A stretch of 64,000 nt of DNA from Lama glama. Its lineage: Eukaryota. Both the position numbers and the translations under genes were made by a program. Positions 13,926 through 26,767 of the stretch are shown here, one piece after another. The notes below the pieces were generated by a model that saw only the letters and a list, made by a program, of their open reading frames with translations, had not been told where the DNA came from and made no database searches. Position 1 is the stretch's first letter; every line of letters begins with the position of its first letter. Location of the stretch: positions 56,978,001-57,042,000 of the forward strand of contig CM052817.1 in NCBI GenBank assembly GCA_028534125.1, read 5' to 3'.

Positions 13926-13932
13926 TGTGTGT
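13867..13932. repeat. Compound microsatellite (CT)n(GT)n
   Basis: About 21 CT units (one interruption) directly followed by 12 GT units. Confidence 0.97.
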
Positions 13933-14169
13933 TTCTTTTGCACAATGTCTTCAAATTTTTTAGCTTTTCAGACATTTTTACTAATCCACAAAATGTAACC
14001 AATCATTTTCATATCCACTGCTGTTAATGAGCTGACAATGCATAATACAAACAACTGTTAATAATTTAAGGCATATAGAATAGTTTTTAAAATCACCTTT
14101 AGACTGTGTTTACTAAAACAGCAATGAATTTTCAGCTGAATCTCTTGGAATTTGAGTCTGTTGGACTGT

Positions 14170-14760
14170 GCTAATTTGCTTGGCTGAGTATGTGTTTCTC
14201 AACCCAAACTTCTTTCCAAAAACCAACTCCTCCTGACTCCCTATTACCAGTCTTTAAGTCACCGAGGCTTGGAACCCTTGGAGTCTCTTTGATTCTTTCC
14301 TTTATTTGCCAAATTCAATCAGAAGCAAAAGAGTGTGAGATTTTTCTAGCACTTTTCCATTCTCTTTGCATTCCTGCAATACTTTACAAACTGGCCTTCC
14401 CCTTCATTCCACTAAATGGAGAAATTATTTAAAAAACCCCTACAAAGTTTCTAACATATATTAGACATTCAATAATGTTAGTTCCCTTACCCTGCTTTCC
14501 TTTCATCTTTCTAGTCTAACACTAAACCACTTGAAATGCAATTCTGATCAGATTATTCCCCTCCTCAAAAACCTCCAAGGCAACTCTTTCCTGAAATCTA
14601 GCCCACTCAGCCCAGCGTTCAAAGGTCTCTGGTTCTCACTGACCTTTTCTCACTACTGTCTTATACACAACGCTTATGCTTTACAAACTGAATCATTACT
14701 CAATGGCATACTCAAATATCTCTGAGCTCAAGCCTTAACCCGGCAAGCTTCCACTGGAAA
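14170..14760 (+). mobile_element. L2 fragment
   Basis: ttggaacccttggagtctctttgattc...aaatgcaattctgatcagattattcccctcctcaaaaacctcca. Confidence 0.65.
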
Positions 14761-14911
14761 TAATTAAATAACCAATTAGTTGACTGCAAAATATTAGAGT
14801 CTAAACATAGCTATCTTAAAATAGAGCATATAGCCTCTTAGAGGTAAGTCATCAACAATGAATATGTCAAATACTCGTACCCCAATAAGCCAGAGCACTT
14901 GTTATCTATAC

Positions 14912-15234
14912 CATGGATCAGCAGATTACTGCCCGCAGACCAAATCTGGCTCATGCTTTTTCTGTACAGCATGCAAGCTAAGAATGGGTATTGCATTTTA
15001 AACTGTTAAAAAGAATCAAACGAAGACTAATGTGTCATAGCACATGAATATTACATAAATTTCAAATTCCAGTGTCCATAAAAAAGTTTTATTACAATAC
15101 AGCATGCCCACTCATTTACATAGCTGCTTTTATACTACAACAACAGAGTTGAATGGTTGCAACAGAACCGTATGGCCCACAAAGGCTAAAATATTTACTA
15201 TTTAGTCCTTAAAAAAATAATTTGTTGACTTTGG
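14912..15234 (+). mobile_element. MER58B hAT-Charlie MITE
   Basis: Consensus motifs gccc.cag.ccaaatctgg...agctaagaatgg...ccgtatggcccacaaaggctaaaatatttacta. 8-bp TSD atctatac/acctatac. Confidence 0.85.
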
Positions 15235-15447
15235 ACCTATACTATGAATTAACTCATACTACTTAGTATTAGTATTTATGGTTTTTTTAATATTTCTTAT
15301 TCCCCCAACTTATTTTTAAGCCCCTCAAGATTAGAAACCTTTGTAACTTTCTAATACTCTGGCCTGGCACATGTGTTTTACATAGCTGGTACTCAATAGA
15401 TATTTATTAGTTATCCTGGAATGCTAGTTCTACAAACAGGTATAGAT

Positions 15448-15623
15448 GGGGGAAAGGGTATAGCTCAATGGTAGAGCATTTGCTTGGCATGTACGAGGTC
15501 CTGGGTTCAATCCCCAGTACCTGTATTAAAATAAAAGAAAAACGAATAATAAATAAATAAATAGATCTAATAACCTCCCCCCAACAAAAAATATACATAA
15601 ATTTTTTTTTAATTTTTAAAAAT
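15448..15623 (+). mobile_element. Camelid tRNA-derived SINE (Vic-1-like)
   Basis: A box tagctcaatggtag, B box ggttcaatcc and an A-rich tail. 15-bp degenerate TSD caaacaggtatagat (15433-15447) / caaataggcacagat (15624-15638). Confidence 0.88.
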
Positions 15624-16820
15624 CAAATAGGCACAGATGACCATATGGAGTCTCCTGGCCCAACTGAGGAAACAAACAGCAGGCTATGGTAACTACAGTC
15701 TTTACTGTAGAGGATGTTGTTTGTTCTCTCATTTTAAAAAGTAGTTGGTCATCTGCAAATACTTATTTGAGTACTTCCCAGGAGTGATCTCCCATCTCCC
15801 TTGTACCCTGGCACTAAGAGGTACCACAATGCCACTGTGACATCTTGATTTCTACTGCCATTACTTTCACTAAATTTCTATTTTGGCCCAACTACTCCTA
15901 ACAAAAAACGGTAATCCTGGGACACAGCTCTTTGAATGGTGAAATTATCAAACCCAAATTATTTCACGGAAAAGAACATGATGCCCTTCAATGACACCAA
16001 AATAACTGGCCAGTTAGGTTGGTTCAGTTCAATAGTACAGTGATTTGGTAAGGTAAAAAATAAAACTGATCATTTGGCTAAATTAACTTAATCCTATCCA
16101 AATACTTTACCTGGTAGCACTGTTTAAGGAAAAAACATATATATATAATATATATATCTCCTTATTATTTAAATGTTAAGGCCCCTCCATCAAGTACAAT
16201 ACATGTGTGCATATGTATATATGAGTATTTTACTGAAGATGTCCAAATAAAGAGTAACATTTAATCCAAAACATCACGCTGAAATATACTGTACACTTTT
16301 GGACTCATGTAGATTTTGCCAATGTTTTTCTATTCTTTCTTCCTTCTGAATCTCTAAGACCTGTCAGAGCTGTCAACAATGCAATGCCAACTGTTTACAA
16401 AACAGAGCTCATTCACAGGGGAGACAGAAGCCTGATCCAGTACTCAGAGAAGCTGAGAGAAGAATAAAAAAAAAAAAAAGGATGAAACACTGACAGTTGC
16501 ACATTTTTTATCTGAAGTAGTAAAATCTTAAGAATAAATAAAATGTCAGCAAAATCTACTGTCTCTTTTCTTGGCTATAGGCTTATATTAAGAAATAATG
16601 TCACAATATTTTTCAGACGTGAGAAACATTTTTAATAACAGGATTACTGGGATAAGACAAAACTGATACATAACAGATTGTATAACTTCAGCATTGTAGT
16701 TGGAATCTACTGTAATTGCCCTTTGTTTCCTTCACTGAATTCTCTTGTTCTTTCTGCATTTCTCAAAATTTTGCTAGCAATTTTAATGTGTTAAGACCAC
16801 GTATCGTCACTCAAAGTATT

Positions 16821-16861
16821 TCAAGAGTTTCGAATTATCTCTGCTGGTCTTTTCATGTTAG
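16821..16861 (-). other. Candidate terminal coding exon segment (xNMKRPAEIIRNS*)
   Basis: Minus-strand acceptor ttataactctctttacag, then CTAACATGAAAAGACCAGCAGAGATAATTCGAAACTCTTGA. Several CpGs are retained nearby. Protein not recognised. Confidence 0.22.
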
Positions 16862-17139
16862 CTGTAAAGAGAGTTATAAACACACATTTCCATCAGTTGT
16901 TCCAAGTGTATCACATACATGATGTTTGATAGCTGCACTGTCATCAGTAAATCCAATATAGAGTTGGGCTATGCAGTGTAGTATACTAAAAAAATTTTTT
17001 AAAGTTTTCAAATGAGAAGGAAGTTGGTAGAAGCTGCTCTTCATTATATAACTTCATTACTCAGGTACCTTGATCTTGTGAAATATGTATTGTCTCTCTG
17101 TAAACATACTTTCAGGAGAAAGTATTGCAGGGTCAGAGT

Positions 17140-17670
17140 AGACAACTATTGTTTCTAAATCTCCAGAAACCATTCACCCTACTTGACTAGCAGCACACCA
17201 ACCTTCATACAGGAACTCAGCCTTCCTTGATTCATAGACCACATGCTATGGAGTTAAGTTCACTTCCAGTTTCTAGGGTGATTTGGTATCAGCCTAGTCA
17301 ATCAGATCATCTCCTTCCACTGGTGTCAGGCATTGGTTCAGTTAGGAACAATGGTTCAAGCTGAGTGAGTCAGGTAAGAACAGGGCTAGTCTCAGAACCT
17401 TAGCCTGAGTGTGGCATACTTGAAGTCATACTTGACTCTAGTAAGGTATGAGGCTGATGCTGCCCCATAAAGACAGAGCCTATCAGTGAATGGAGCCAGT
17501 ACCAAAAAGGTTGTCTGAAGAAGTGAAGAGAGAGAATCTGGTCCTGATGAAAATCATTTCAGCCCTGCCTTTCCAAAACAATCTTATTTCCACACTTCTA
17601 ATTTTTATAAATACCCTATAAGTCAGTTTGAATTAGGCATTCCATCAGTTGCTATTTTAAAAGTCCTGAT
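17140..17670 (+). mobile_element. Old LTR (MLT1J/K or LTR16-like)
   Basis: gcctagtcaatcaga...cattggttcag; terminal taagtcagtttgaattaggcatt...gttgc...aaagtcctga. Confidence 0.55.
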
Positions 17671-18084
17671 ATTTGCTTTCCTCTGTATTCCTAACATGCA
17701 TAAAGAGGTTAAAAACTCTTGTGCCTTCTTACACCTCTAATTCAAGAACCTAAAGTTCCCATTCCCATAGTGTAGGAGGCTTCCAAAAACATAGGTTAAA
17801 GCAGAGATCTCTATTCCTGATATATCTCTGACCAGTTTTCTTCCACCACTTTCCGTTAGGTTCATCAACTTTCAGGAAGATGTAAGGAACATTGCTGGTT
17901 CTCTGAAAAGACCTATATTCTCCAAGGTTAGCCATTTTGTGAGAGGAGTGGAAGTTTGTGGGAAGACACTAAAATGAAGGATAATTTTCATGAATGATGG
18001 TTGGAAATTAATGTTCAGTCATTCCTCACATGTGGATATTCAGCCTTGAGTGTCAGTCTGTCAGGAACACCACCTTTGGTTCTT

Positions 18085-18343
18085 TTTTTTTTTTTTTGGT
18101 GTGTGTGTGTGTATATATATATATATATTTTTATTGAAGTACAGTCAGTTTACAATGTTGTATCAATTTCTATTGTACAGCATAATGCTTTAGTTATATA
18201 TGAACATATATACATTCATTTTCATATTCTTTTTCACTGTAAGTTACTACAAGATATGGAATACAGTTCCTTGTGCTATACAGTATGAACCTGTTGTTTA
18301 TCTATTTTATAAATATTAGTATCTGCATATCTAGAACTCCCAA
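18085..18343 (-). mobile_element. 5'-truncated young L1 3' UTR with microsatellite-converted tail
   Basis: Reverse complement of the L1 3' end seen at 50.8-51.0 kb. Perfect 10-bp TSD tttggttctt (18075-18084 / 18344-18353). Confidence 0.9.
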
Positions 18344-20715
18344 TTTGGTTCTTGATTCCAAAGGAGATGGTGAATTTCCATGCATAAGGTGACCAGTGGT
18401 AGAATTGGTCTACTTACTCCAGTAAGTGGAATTATAAGAAAGAAACACTGGACTGGCCTAGGATTGGTGAGCAGATGCTGAAAAATATTACAAACGAAAG
18501 AAACTAGTCTTTTAAAAAACAGCTCAGGAGCTGGATTTCCTCTCGATGAACAAGTCTAAAATGTTTTCATTTCTGCTTTAAATTAAGAATATATATAAGG
18601 TCAGATTTGGAGAGCATAATTCAAAAATTGAGGTCCATGGGTCAACAGTGTCAAGTCACAGCTCCACAGTTTTCCTAGTAGCCTTTGGCTTATTCTGTAT
18701 TCAACTTCCCCACCAGCCACCCTTACCCCAATTTTGGGAAAAAATTAACTCTAATAAAAAGTTATCTTCCTTCCTGTACTCCTCTAACCTTAGCTTCCAA
18801 ATGTGAGGTTTTCAAACCCAGAATCTTAATTTTGTATATTCTCCAACATCTTAGGGAAGAAAAAAGTCTTTTCTGAAAAGCTTACCTGAAAGGTTTTGGA
18901 GTTGGGATTTGGCAAAATGTGTGCCTAAAGCAAACTTCCTGAGCAGAGTAGTGAAGGGGAGTGGCAGACCTCTCTCCATTCAGGGAATCTCAGCAAAGCT
19001 CCCAGAGGAGAGTAGAGCAACTGGTGCCAACGAGGGGCTGTGATAACCAGCAGGACTTTGCATAGGCTCATCTGAAGCTATGAGACCACTTAAATAAGGA
19101 GCCATCCTCACTTGTCCTTTCAGCACAAGCATGAAAAGCCTTATAAAGAGATCTGAAGAAGAGAAGTCTATTTCCAATTCACGCTTAAGAAGTTCTCACC
19201 CTGCTTTACAAGAAGACTGCCTGTCAAAATCACACTTAATTTCAAAGAGCTACTACATTCAAAAATACTTCAAAAACTGTGGAATGCAATTTGAAAAATA
19301 CTCTCCCAGCCCACATGGCCATTAAATGAACAGAGAAGATGAAATGTACTTTCTGGTGATTCACTGTGGTCAGAGATGAAGACTTTTCTTTTGTCCACAC
19401 ATTGTGCACCCTAGCTGCTGCCTAATCCATAGACAGTTGGTCAAATATATGAAACACTTTATTTTTAAAAATATTTTGACTTGTTCACATTTAAACTAGT
19501 TTTTCCTCAGCTACATGTATTAATATTTTTATACTATTGGGTTAATTTTTTTAAAGGAGCATTCTTTACAAATTCAAAATAGATTAACTCCTTTTCACAC
19601 ATTACACCTAACTATGTAGTATTTTTATTAAGCTACAATGTGAAATGTAAAAGTTACTTCTAGAGAAAGTAAAATATTTTCACTATCAATAGAAATTTAA
19701 AGCATGTAATTAAACACCAACATAACATGTATATTTAATTTAAATATTCAGACGAGTTGAAAGTAGTTTTAGAAATGGAATAAAATAACCACAATTTACC
19801 ATATTTTGAGTAAAAATACATTAGCATGTTAAAAGATACTAAAGTCCACTAAGTTGGGAAATTAGACTTAGAAAAGATGGAGACATTATAAAGACATATA
19901 TGTATCTCTATACTGCAAAATGTGCATAAGATGCATAATATATAATAAGTTATGTAAAAGCAAGATATGTATATTCTATATGAAATCAATCAGACGATGG
20001 ACTTTAAGACAGGAACTTCCATTTTACATTCACTATGTATTCCTCAGTTCTAAAGTTTTGTCAGCACTATTAAAAACATGTAACACTTATAAACCAAAAA
20101 TAAAAACCAGCTGGATGTCAACTGTTAAAACGTCTTTACCTTAGTCAAGAAACCAAACATATTTTTCCTGCTAATCTACACTTCAGTTAAAGGTATCTTA
20201 AAAGTGTTAAAGATAACAGTAATTCTGTGATCTGATCAAATTTGAAAGGTAACTGTCTTTCCCTATGCACAGAAAAAATAGAGAAAGACATTTCAAACTA
20301 TGATACTCACAGGAGTTTCTAGGAAAAAGATTTTACTTCTAACACTGACTACGCTACTTGCACAGATTGCAGAGAAAGCCATGGTTAAGTGATGACTATG
20401 AAATACATCTGCAAAGGACCAAGCACAGTGCTGGCATGCTAAGTGCTCATCACATGTCAGTCATCAGAGACTCTGGTCCCATAGCATCAGTGGCACCTAA
20501 GACAACTCCTCAACAAATTCCAGCTCTCAAAACTCTTGTACTCCCAAGCTGCAGCGAGGCTGTTAGAAGCTTTGAGGTGTTTCATTGAGTACCAAGTCTC
20601 ATGGCAAACTCTTCTCATGTTCCTAGTTCTGGAACGTCAGTGCTCAAAAGTTGATGCAGCAGAGAGAAGACTGAGAATTAGAAACATGGACCCAAGGAAT
20701 ACATAACTTACTCAC

Positions 20716-20749
20716 CATCTCCCTTTTGCTCCCTTTTGTTTTGTTTTGC
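20716..20749 (-). other. Candidate 34-nt exon of an unidentified minus-strand transcript
   Basis: Minus strand: cctaat...tttttgtttgatcttgcctacggatatag | GCAAAACAAAACAAAAGGGAGCAAAAGGGAGATG | gtgagtaagt. Confidence 0.22.
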
Positions 20750-20999
20750 CTATATCCGTAGGCAAGATCAAACAAAAATATTAGGTGGCCTGAGATCACC
20801 AAAAATTACAATTCCTGGAGAATGTTCCAAATATTCTTTCTTCCTATTATTTTTCATCTTTGAGACAGTACTAGTTTTTCATTACTGTAATTCAAATGCC
20901 AGTTTTACAGAACTATAAGTTGGTCTTCTTATCCTTCAATCTATTAAAACATTCCCCTTTCCTTCTCTCATTGCCCCACTTCACCTCCCTTTAAGATAC

Positions 21000-21640
21000 T
21001 GAATCACTGCCATCTCCAAGCTCCCTCAGTATTCTAAATTTTCAAATTTTTAGTTATTTTTAATTGCCCTCTTTGCTCTTCTTCACGTAACCTCCCACAA
21101 ACACTGGAATTGTCATTTTAATCTGCCCTTTCCTCTCCACTTCCATAGTCACCCACTCCAAGGTCCTTATCAGCTCATGTCTGAGTTGCAGTGATGGCTT
21201 CCATGCAGGTTTCTCTGCCAATCTCTGTTTATCATATCCCACCTACTCAAATGTTCTAATGATTTTCTTTGACTTCATTTTCTTCAGGTCCTTTGCCTGC
21301 TCAACAGTCTCCAGTGCTTCAGTGTCACTTTTTATGCACATCTCAAGCCCTCTCCAGCCTTTAGGGCTTTCGACCAATATTACACCACCCGGGATCCCAT
21401 CCTACCTTCATTTCTCATTACCTTTCCCTGCAGCCTCTCTGCTCCCACTAGCAATATCTGCCTGTCATCTCCTATATGTGATTTGTTCATTTTCATCTCT
21501 GTATCTTTCCTCATGCAAACCCCCCACCCACTGATCTACAAATTAATTTCTGCTTTCTCTATCAATATCGTGCTTTCCTTCAAAATTCTGCTCATCACTC
21601 ATCTCTGCAGAAATTCCTTCTTACTTAACTGCAAACAATA
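21000..21640 (+). mobile_element. L2 fragment
   Basis: ccttatcagctcatgtctgagttgcagtgatggcttcc...ggtttctctgcc. Confidence 0.6.
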
Positions 21641-21879
21641 ATGAGATTATTTTTGTCCTTTATCCCCTCAAAAGAGGGCAAGCCTCTGGCATAGTTAAGG
21701 GTGGGGACCCGGGAACATAAAGAAATTCAGAGCAATGCATGTAGTTTGGGTGCCAAAATACAAATAGTTTGATGTGAATTAATAATAAAAAAAAAAACCT
21801 TGCAAATATAGAAAATAATCAAAGGTCCAAGCAAACAAAGCTCTCTTACTCATTTTACAAGGGAAATATCCATGTATAA

Positions 21880-22110
21880 TTACAACAGCTACCATTTATT
21901 AAGGATTTTATTTTATTTCTACAAAGGACATTATATACACTAACTCATTTCATTTTTATTTTAAGCAAGGTAAGTGTTGTCATAGGCATGTTACAGACAA
22001 GAAAACTGAAGGTCAGAGAAGTAAAGATAACTTGTCTGAAGTCACAGAGCTAAATACAAAGGCAGAATTTGAACTCAGATTTGTTCTCACTCCAAAATCT
22101 ATGGCCTAAC
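21880..22110 (-). mobile_element. MIR SINE
   Basis: cagctaccatttatt...ttacagacaagaaaactgaaggtcagagaagtaaa...aacttgtctgaagtcacagagct. Confidence 0.8.
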
Positions 22111-22379
22111 CCACCTAAGCTGTTGTCACAAATTCCTAACAGCATTCATAGCATTCTGTTCTAGTAGTTCCTGAAAAAAACAAAAACAAGACTTCACACC
22201 TAAGCTGACAGATTTCATCAACGGGCACTTGATACTGCCAATTTTTTTCCTTCCCATATTATTTGTCCTCTTTTTTGCCACACAATCTCCTAGTGAACCT
22301 GCCTCTTATTTACTCTAACTAGAAAACTGGAGCCATTACATAAAATTTCTCTTCCTATTCCCAGAATTCATTGAACTGA

Positions 22380-24350
22380 TTTGAACTTGACCCTTCTCAT
22401 TTTGTCTCCCATCATGGTGTCCCTCTCCCTATAAGAGGTCAATCCATTCCATGTGCTTTGGTACCAATCCCCTCTTTTCTTATCAAAGTTTTCATCCATC
22501 ATTATAACCTCCAACCTCCTGCATCACCAATCTTTTTCTTTCTACTGTTACATTTCCATTATTTTCAAATATGCTGCGGTAACTGCCATGATTTTTTAAA
22601 TAAATAACACATAATAATTTTTTTAAATTCCCATAACCCCATATATTGGCTTAGATACGGCTTCACTTCTTAACTTCCCTCTATGGTCAAACTCCCCAAA
22701 TGGGCTGTCTTCAAAGCACTCCCAACTACCTCACTTCCTGTTCGTCATGAAGTCCTCTACAAACTGGTTTCTTCCTCTCATCCCACAGGAACTGTTCAAG
22801 TCAAGTCTCTAACAACCTTCATGGAGGTCAAAACCATGTTGCCAAATTTAATGGGAATGTTCTTTCCTTATCTCACTCTTGATTTCTCAGAAGTTTTCAG
22901 TAAGTTTGACCACTCCTCTCTGGAAATACTCTTTAATTTTCTAAGCCCCAGTAACATCACTGGTTACCCATCCATCTCTATGCTCCCTCTCACTTCCCTT
23001 GGCTGACTCATGCTCTTTTTTCTGATGTCTAAATTTTGAGGTCCCTTAGGAATGGGTCTTGTGCTTACTTTCTTCTCACTGTATTTCTCTAAGTGATATG
23101 CCATTAAAGGCCATAAATATAAATAGAATTATCATGTGTATGATTCCTAAATTTATGTCACCTACCCAGACCTCTGCTCTGAGTTCTGGATTCTTATATT
23201 TCATTGACATCTCCAACTTATATATACAAAGGAAAACTATTTTTTTCTTCCAAAACTTGTTTCCACAATACCCCCAATCAAACTCATTTTTCCCCATTTC
23301 AGCAAAAAGTCAAACCAATTCTCAATTACTCAAGCCAAAATCTTAGGAGTCAACTTGGATCTATTTTTTCCTTCAATACTTCATATCTAATTTAAAAGTA
23401 AGTCTTGTGTATTCCACTGTGAACTGGCCACAATCATCTCTTATCTGGGCTATAATAATTGTCTCCTGAAACAACGCTCTTCCATTCCTGTCCCTCTTTA
23501 ATCCATTCTCCACTTATTTATCAGATGGATATTCTTAAGATATAAATCAGAATAATCTTATTTTCCTACTTAAAACTTATTGATAGCTTCTCAGTGTTCT
23601 TCGATTGAAATCCAAAATATCTCCACATTCTATATCAGAAATAGACAAATTTTCTTTCTGTAAGGATCCAGTGATTAAATATTACAGGTTTCATGGTCTC
23701 CTTTACAACTATTCAACTCTGCTGTGCAGCATGAAAGCAACTATAAAAATATATAAAGTAATGAGCAGGGCTATGTTTCAATAAAACTTTATTTGCAAGA
23801 AACTGGCAAAACTTAGCAAAATTTGTCTTGTGGGCAGTAATTTGACAACCTTTCTTTATGGTCCTGCATGCTCTCATACCTGTGTGCTCCTGTAACCACA
23901 TATGTACCATTCTCTCCATCAGTCATGTTGTCTTGGACAAACTGGTCTTCAATTCCAAGAATATACCTATGCATAACTGCCTGAAATTCTCTTCTAAACC
24001 TTATCCTTCACTTAACTATTAATTTTATCTCTGATGCCACTTCTTCAAAGACGATTTTCTTGATCACAGTGTATAAAATAAGTGCACCACATCACCATCA
24101 TTATTTTCTATTCTCAGCTTTTTACTTGTTTTTCCCATAAGAATTATCCACTAACAACTAACAGCCATTATGCTATTAATCTCTTCTTATTCTTGACTAT
24201 TTTTCTTTCTAAAATGTAGGTTATGTAAAGACCAGGCTTCATGTATGTTTGATCATCACTTTATCATCCTTGCCTAGTGCCTCCAGTAGTTAGTGCTTTT
24301 CCTGTCTGGCACAGAGCAATTTTTGCTAGGTAAATAATTCTTGAAAGGAA
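22380..24350 (+). mobile_element. Long L2 remnant (interrupted by MER58A)
   Basis: Colinear L2 ORF2-end and 3'UTR motifs (tgaccactcctctctggaaatact; cccagacctctgctctgagttct; tgcctagtg...taaataattcttgaa). Confidence 0.75.
23636..23854 (-). mobile_element. MER58A MITE
   Basis: caactattcaactctgctgtg.agcatgaaagca...ggctatgtttcaataaaactttatttgcaa. Confidence 0.8.
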
Positions 24351-24544
24351 AATGAAGAGGATCAAATACAGATGTGTCTCTCTACTCACAAATTAATTAA
24401 AACATTGGTTTCCAATGTTTTCTATTATACACACTTCAAGGTAAGAAAAAAATTGAGTATACCCTCCCACTCCAGTACATGTGCATCTCCTTAAAAATAC
24501 ATATTCTATAGTACTAATATATTATGAAATAAAATATCCACCAA

Positions 24545-24980
24545 TGTATCATTAGTTAAAGCAACATTAGTTGCTTATACAAAAGATCAGCCGAGTGAGA
24601 GAGAAAAAGAGAGAGGAACGGAAAGGAAAGGAAGGGAAAGGAAGAGAGGAAGAGAAGGTGATACTTCTTCCTCATAAAAATTCTAAAGAGATATTCTTGT
24701 TCTGTGGTGACTCTCTTACAAATGGCTCCATTATCTTTAACACATGACTTCTGAGGTCACTTTGCTTGTATCATCCATCAAACCAGCAGAAGGAGAAAGA
24801 GCATTTACAATTGCACATGTGAGTTTTTTATGGATAAAACCATCACTCAGTTCATATACTATTAGCTGGAATCCAGTCACATGGATGCACCTAACTGCAA
24901 GGGAGTTTGAAAAACAGTCTAGTTGTGTGCAAGGAAAAACACTAATGGTTTTGATTAATAGCTAACCAACAGCTGCCATA
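24545..24980 (-). mobile_element. MLT1J-like MaLR LTR containing a GA-rich tract (24595-24657)
   Basis: tgtatcattag...attagttgct; attagctggaatccagtcacatggatgcacctaactgcaagggag. Confidence 0.65.
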
Positions 24981-25554
24981 TTCCATATTACACATGGAAC
25001 TTCTATTTTTTTTCCCTCTATCTCTTTATCTTGTGTAGCCACTGAAAGAATCACAGCCCACTAAATCGCTGGGCTAGAAGATTACATGACCATTGAAGCA
25101 TTTCTAAATGGTCTTTTCACTAAGAGGCAATGTCCACTAGTTAAGAATATCTAAAGTTCTACTTCACCAGACGGCAATTGCTTAAGGTTACAAATCAGTC
25201 AAGACAGAATCTTAGAGCAACCCTATCCTCAGGATATTCCGTCTTCAGCCTGAATCCACGCCATTCAGTGTTACTGACACTTTTAACTATGGTTGAACTC
25301 CTTTGAGAAATTATTGTTAATATGAGTGTTATTTTGCTTAGCAATCCTGAAAACATAAAGAAATATAATACTATATTTAATATAATATAATTTGGATCAA
25401 AGAAGTGACCTTTGATCTTAAAGGAAATAATCTCATTAAAAAAAAAAAAACTTTTTTTCCCTAAAAAGAGATTCTCAGAACCACTGCATTGTCCAGTTCA
25501 CTTCTTCCATACAGTATAGTGAAATCATTTTTCCCTCCATCTCCTATAAACAAA

Positions 25555-25899
25555 CTCTAGATTTGTGTTCCCTCAAAATTCACGTATTGAAGCCCAAACT
25601 CCCAATGTGATGGTATTTGGAAGTGGGGCCTTTGGATGGTAATTAGGCTATGAGGATGGAGCCCCATTAATGGGATTAGTATGCTAATAAGAAAAGACAT
25701 GAGAGAGATGATCTCTTTCTCTCCCATGTGAGGATATATCTTATAGATGTCTCTCCGCAAAAGAGTCTTCAGCAGGAATTGAATCAGCTGGCACCTTAAT
25801 CTTGGATATATGGGCCTTCAGAACTGTGAGAAATAAATGTCTTTTGTTTAAGCCATCCAGTCTATAGTATTTGTCAGGGCATTCCGAGTTGTTAAGACA
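25555..25899 (+). mobile_element. MLT1A-type MaLR solo LTR
   Basis: caaaattcacgtattgaa...cccaatgtgatggtatttggaagtggggcctttgg...cagaactgtgagaaataaat...taagaca. Confidence 0.85.
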
Positions 25900-26737
25900 G
25901 CTTCCGTCCTTAACCTTATCCATGGTTCCTAAAGACTATGAGTTGGATACCTTTCATTACTATGCTGATATAATGCCTTTGTTTAATTTTATGTATCTCA
26001 GATTTCTGCTCTAGGTCTAGAATCTGTCTTGGGCTTCTTTTTTGTACACACCGTCTCTGTTTCACCATCAACAGGTGTTGCAAACTTCAGCACCTTCTCC
26101 TCTTCTACAAAAAATACACTCAACAGCAAGCATTTGTGAGGGATCACAAGGATCTACCTTATCATATAACACACATCATTCTGACAGTTTACTTGAGGTT
26201 ATCTTCTGCTTCTCTTCTAGAAACAATGCAAATTATTCTTTTTATCTCATTCCCAAATGATAAGGGACTTTTTTTTTTACTACTAGTACATGCCTTTGGG
26301 GTGTCACCATCTACCACAATTGGTTTATTAAAGTACTTCTTTTACCCAATGCTCACCACAGGAGAAATTCTAATAAATATTTTTCAAATAATTAATTATG
26401 TGCTAATGAAAATATATTTGAGTTTTCATTTCATCCTTATTTATTTAGACTTCTCTATCACTACTGAAGATGAGTTAACTATTCCCAGGTATGTTTATTA
26501 ATGAAGCAACTTGTTTCAAAAATGCCCACATTTGACCAGCATGAGCATGGACATATACTAAAAGTTCTATAAAGGAAATGCAGTAGTTAAGAGATTAAAA
26601 ATGAATTTTTAAATGACTACCTAATGAGAGTTCGAGAAATCACATTTTTTTAACAATAGAGGTAAATTTAGTATTTCTGAAATTGCTAGTGTGATATTTG
26701 TGGCAAAGAGAGATTCAAAGTTTAAGAAATGATTCTG

Positions 26738-26767
26738 GTGCTCACTTCAGCAGCACATATACTAAAA
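26738..26767 (+). pseudogene. RNU6: 3'-truncated U6 snRNA retrocopy
   Basis: GTGCTCACTTCAGCAGCACATATACTAAAA matches U6 nt 1-30 with two CG>CA changes. TSD aagaaatgattc at 26724-26735 and 26768-26779. Confidence 0.9.

Noticed and set aside
15448-15523. tRNA-like sequence (also 41256-41326)
   Set aside because: It is followed by a SINE body, an A-rich tail and TSDs, so it is a SINE head and not a tRNA gene.
26551-26563. acatatactaaaa matching U6 near the real retrocopy
   Set aside because: Only 13 AT-rich nt, with no TSD and non-U6 flanks.
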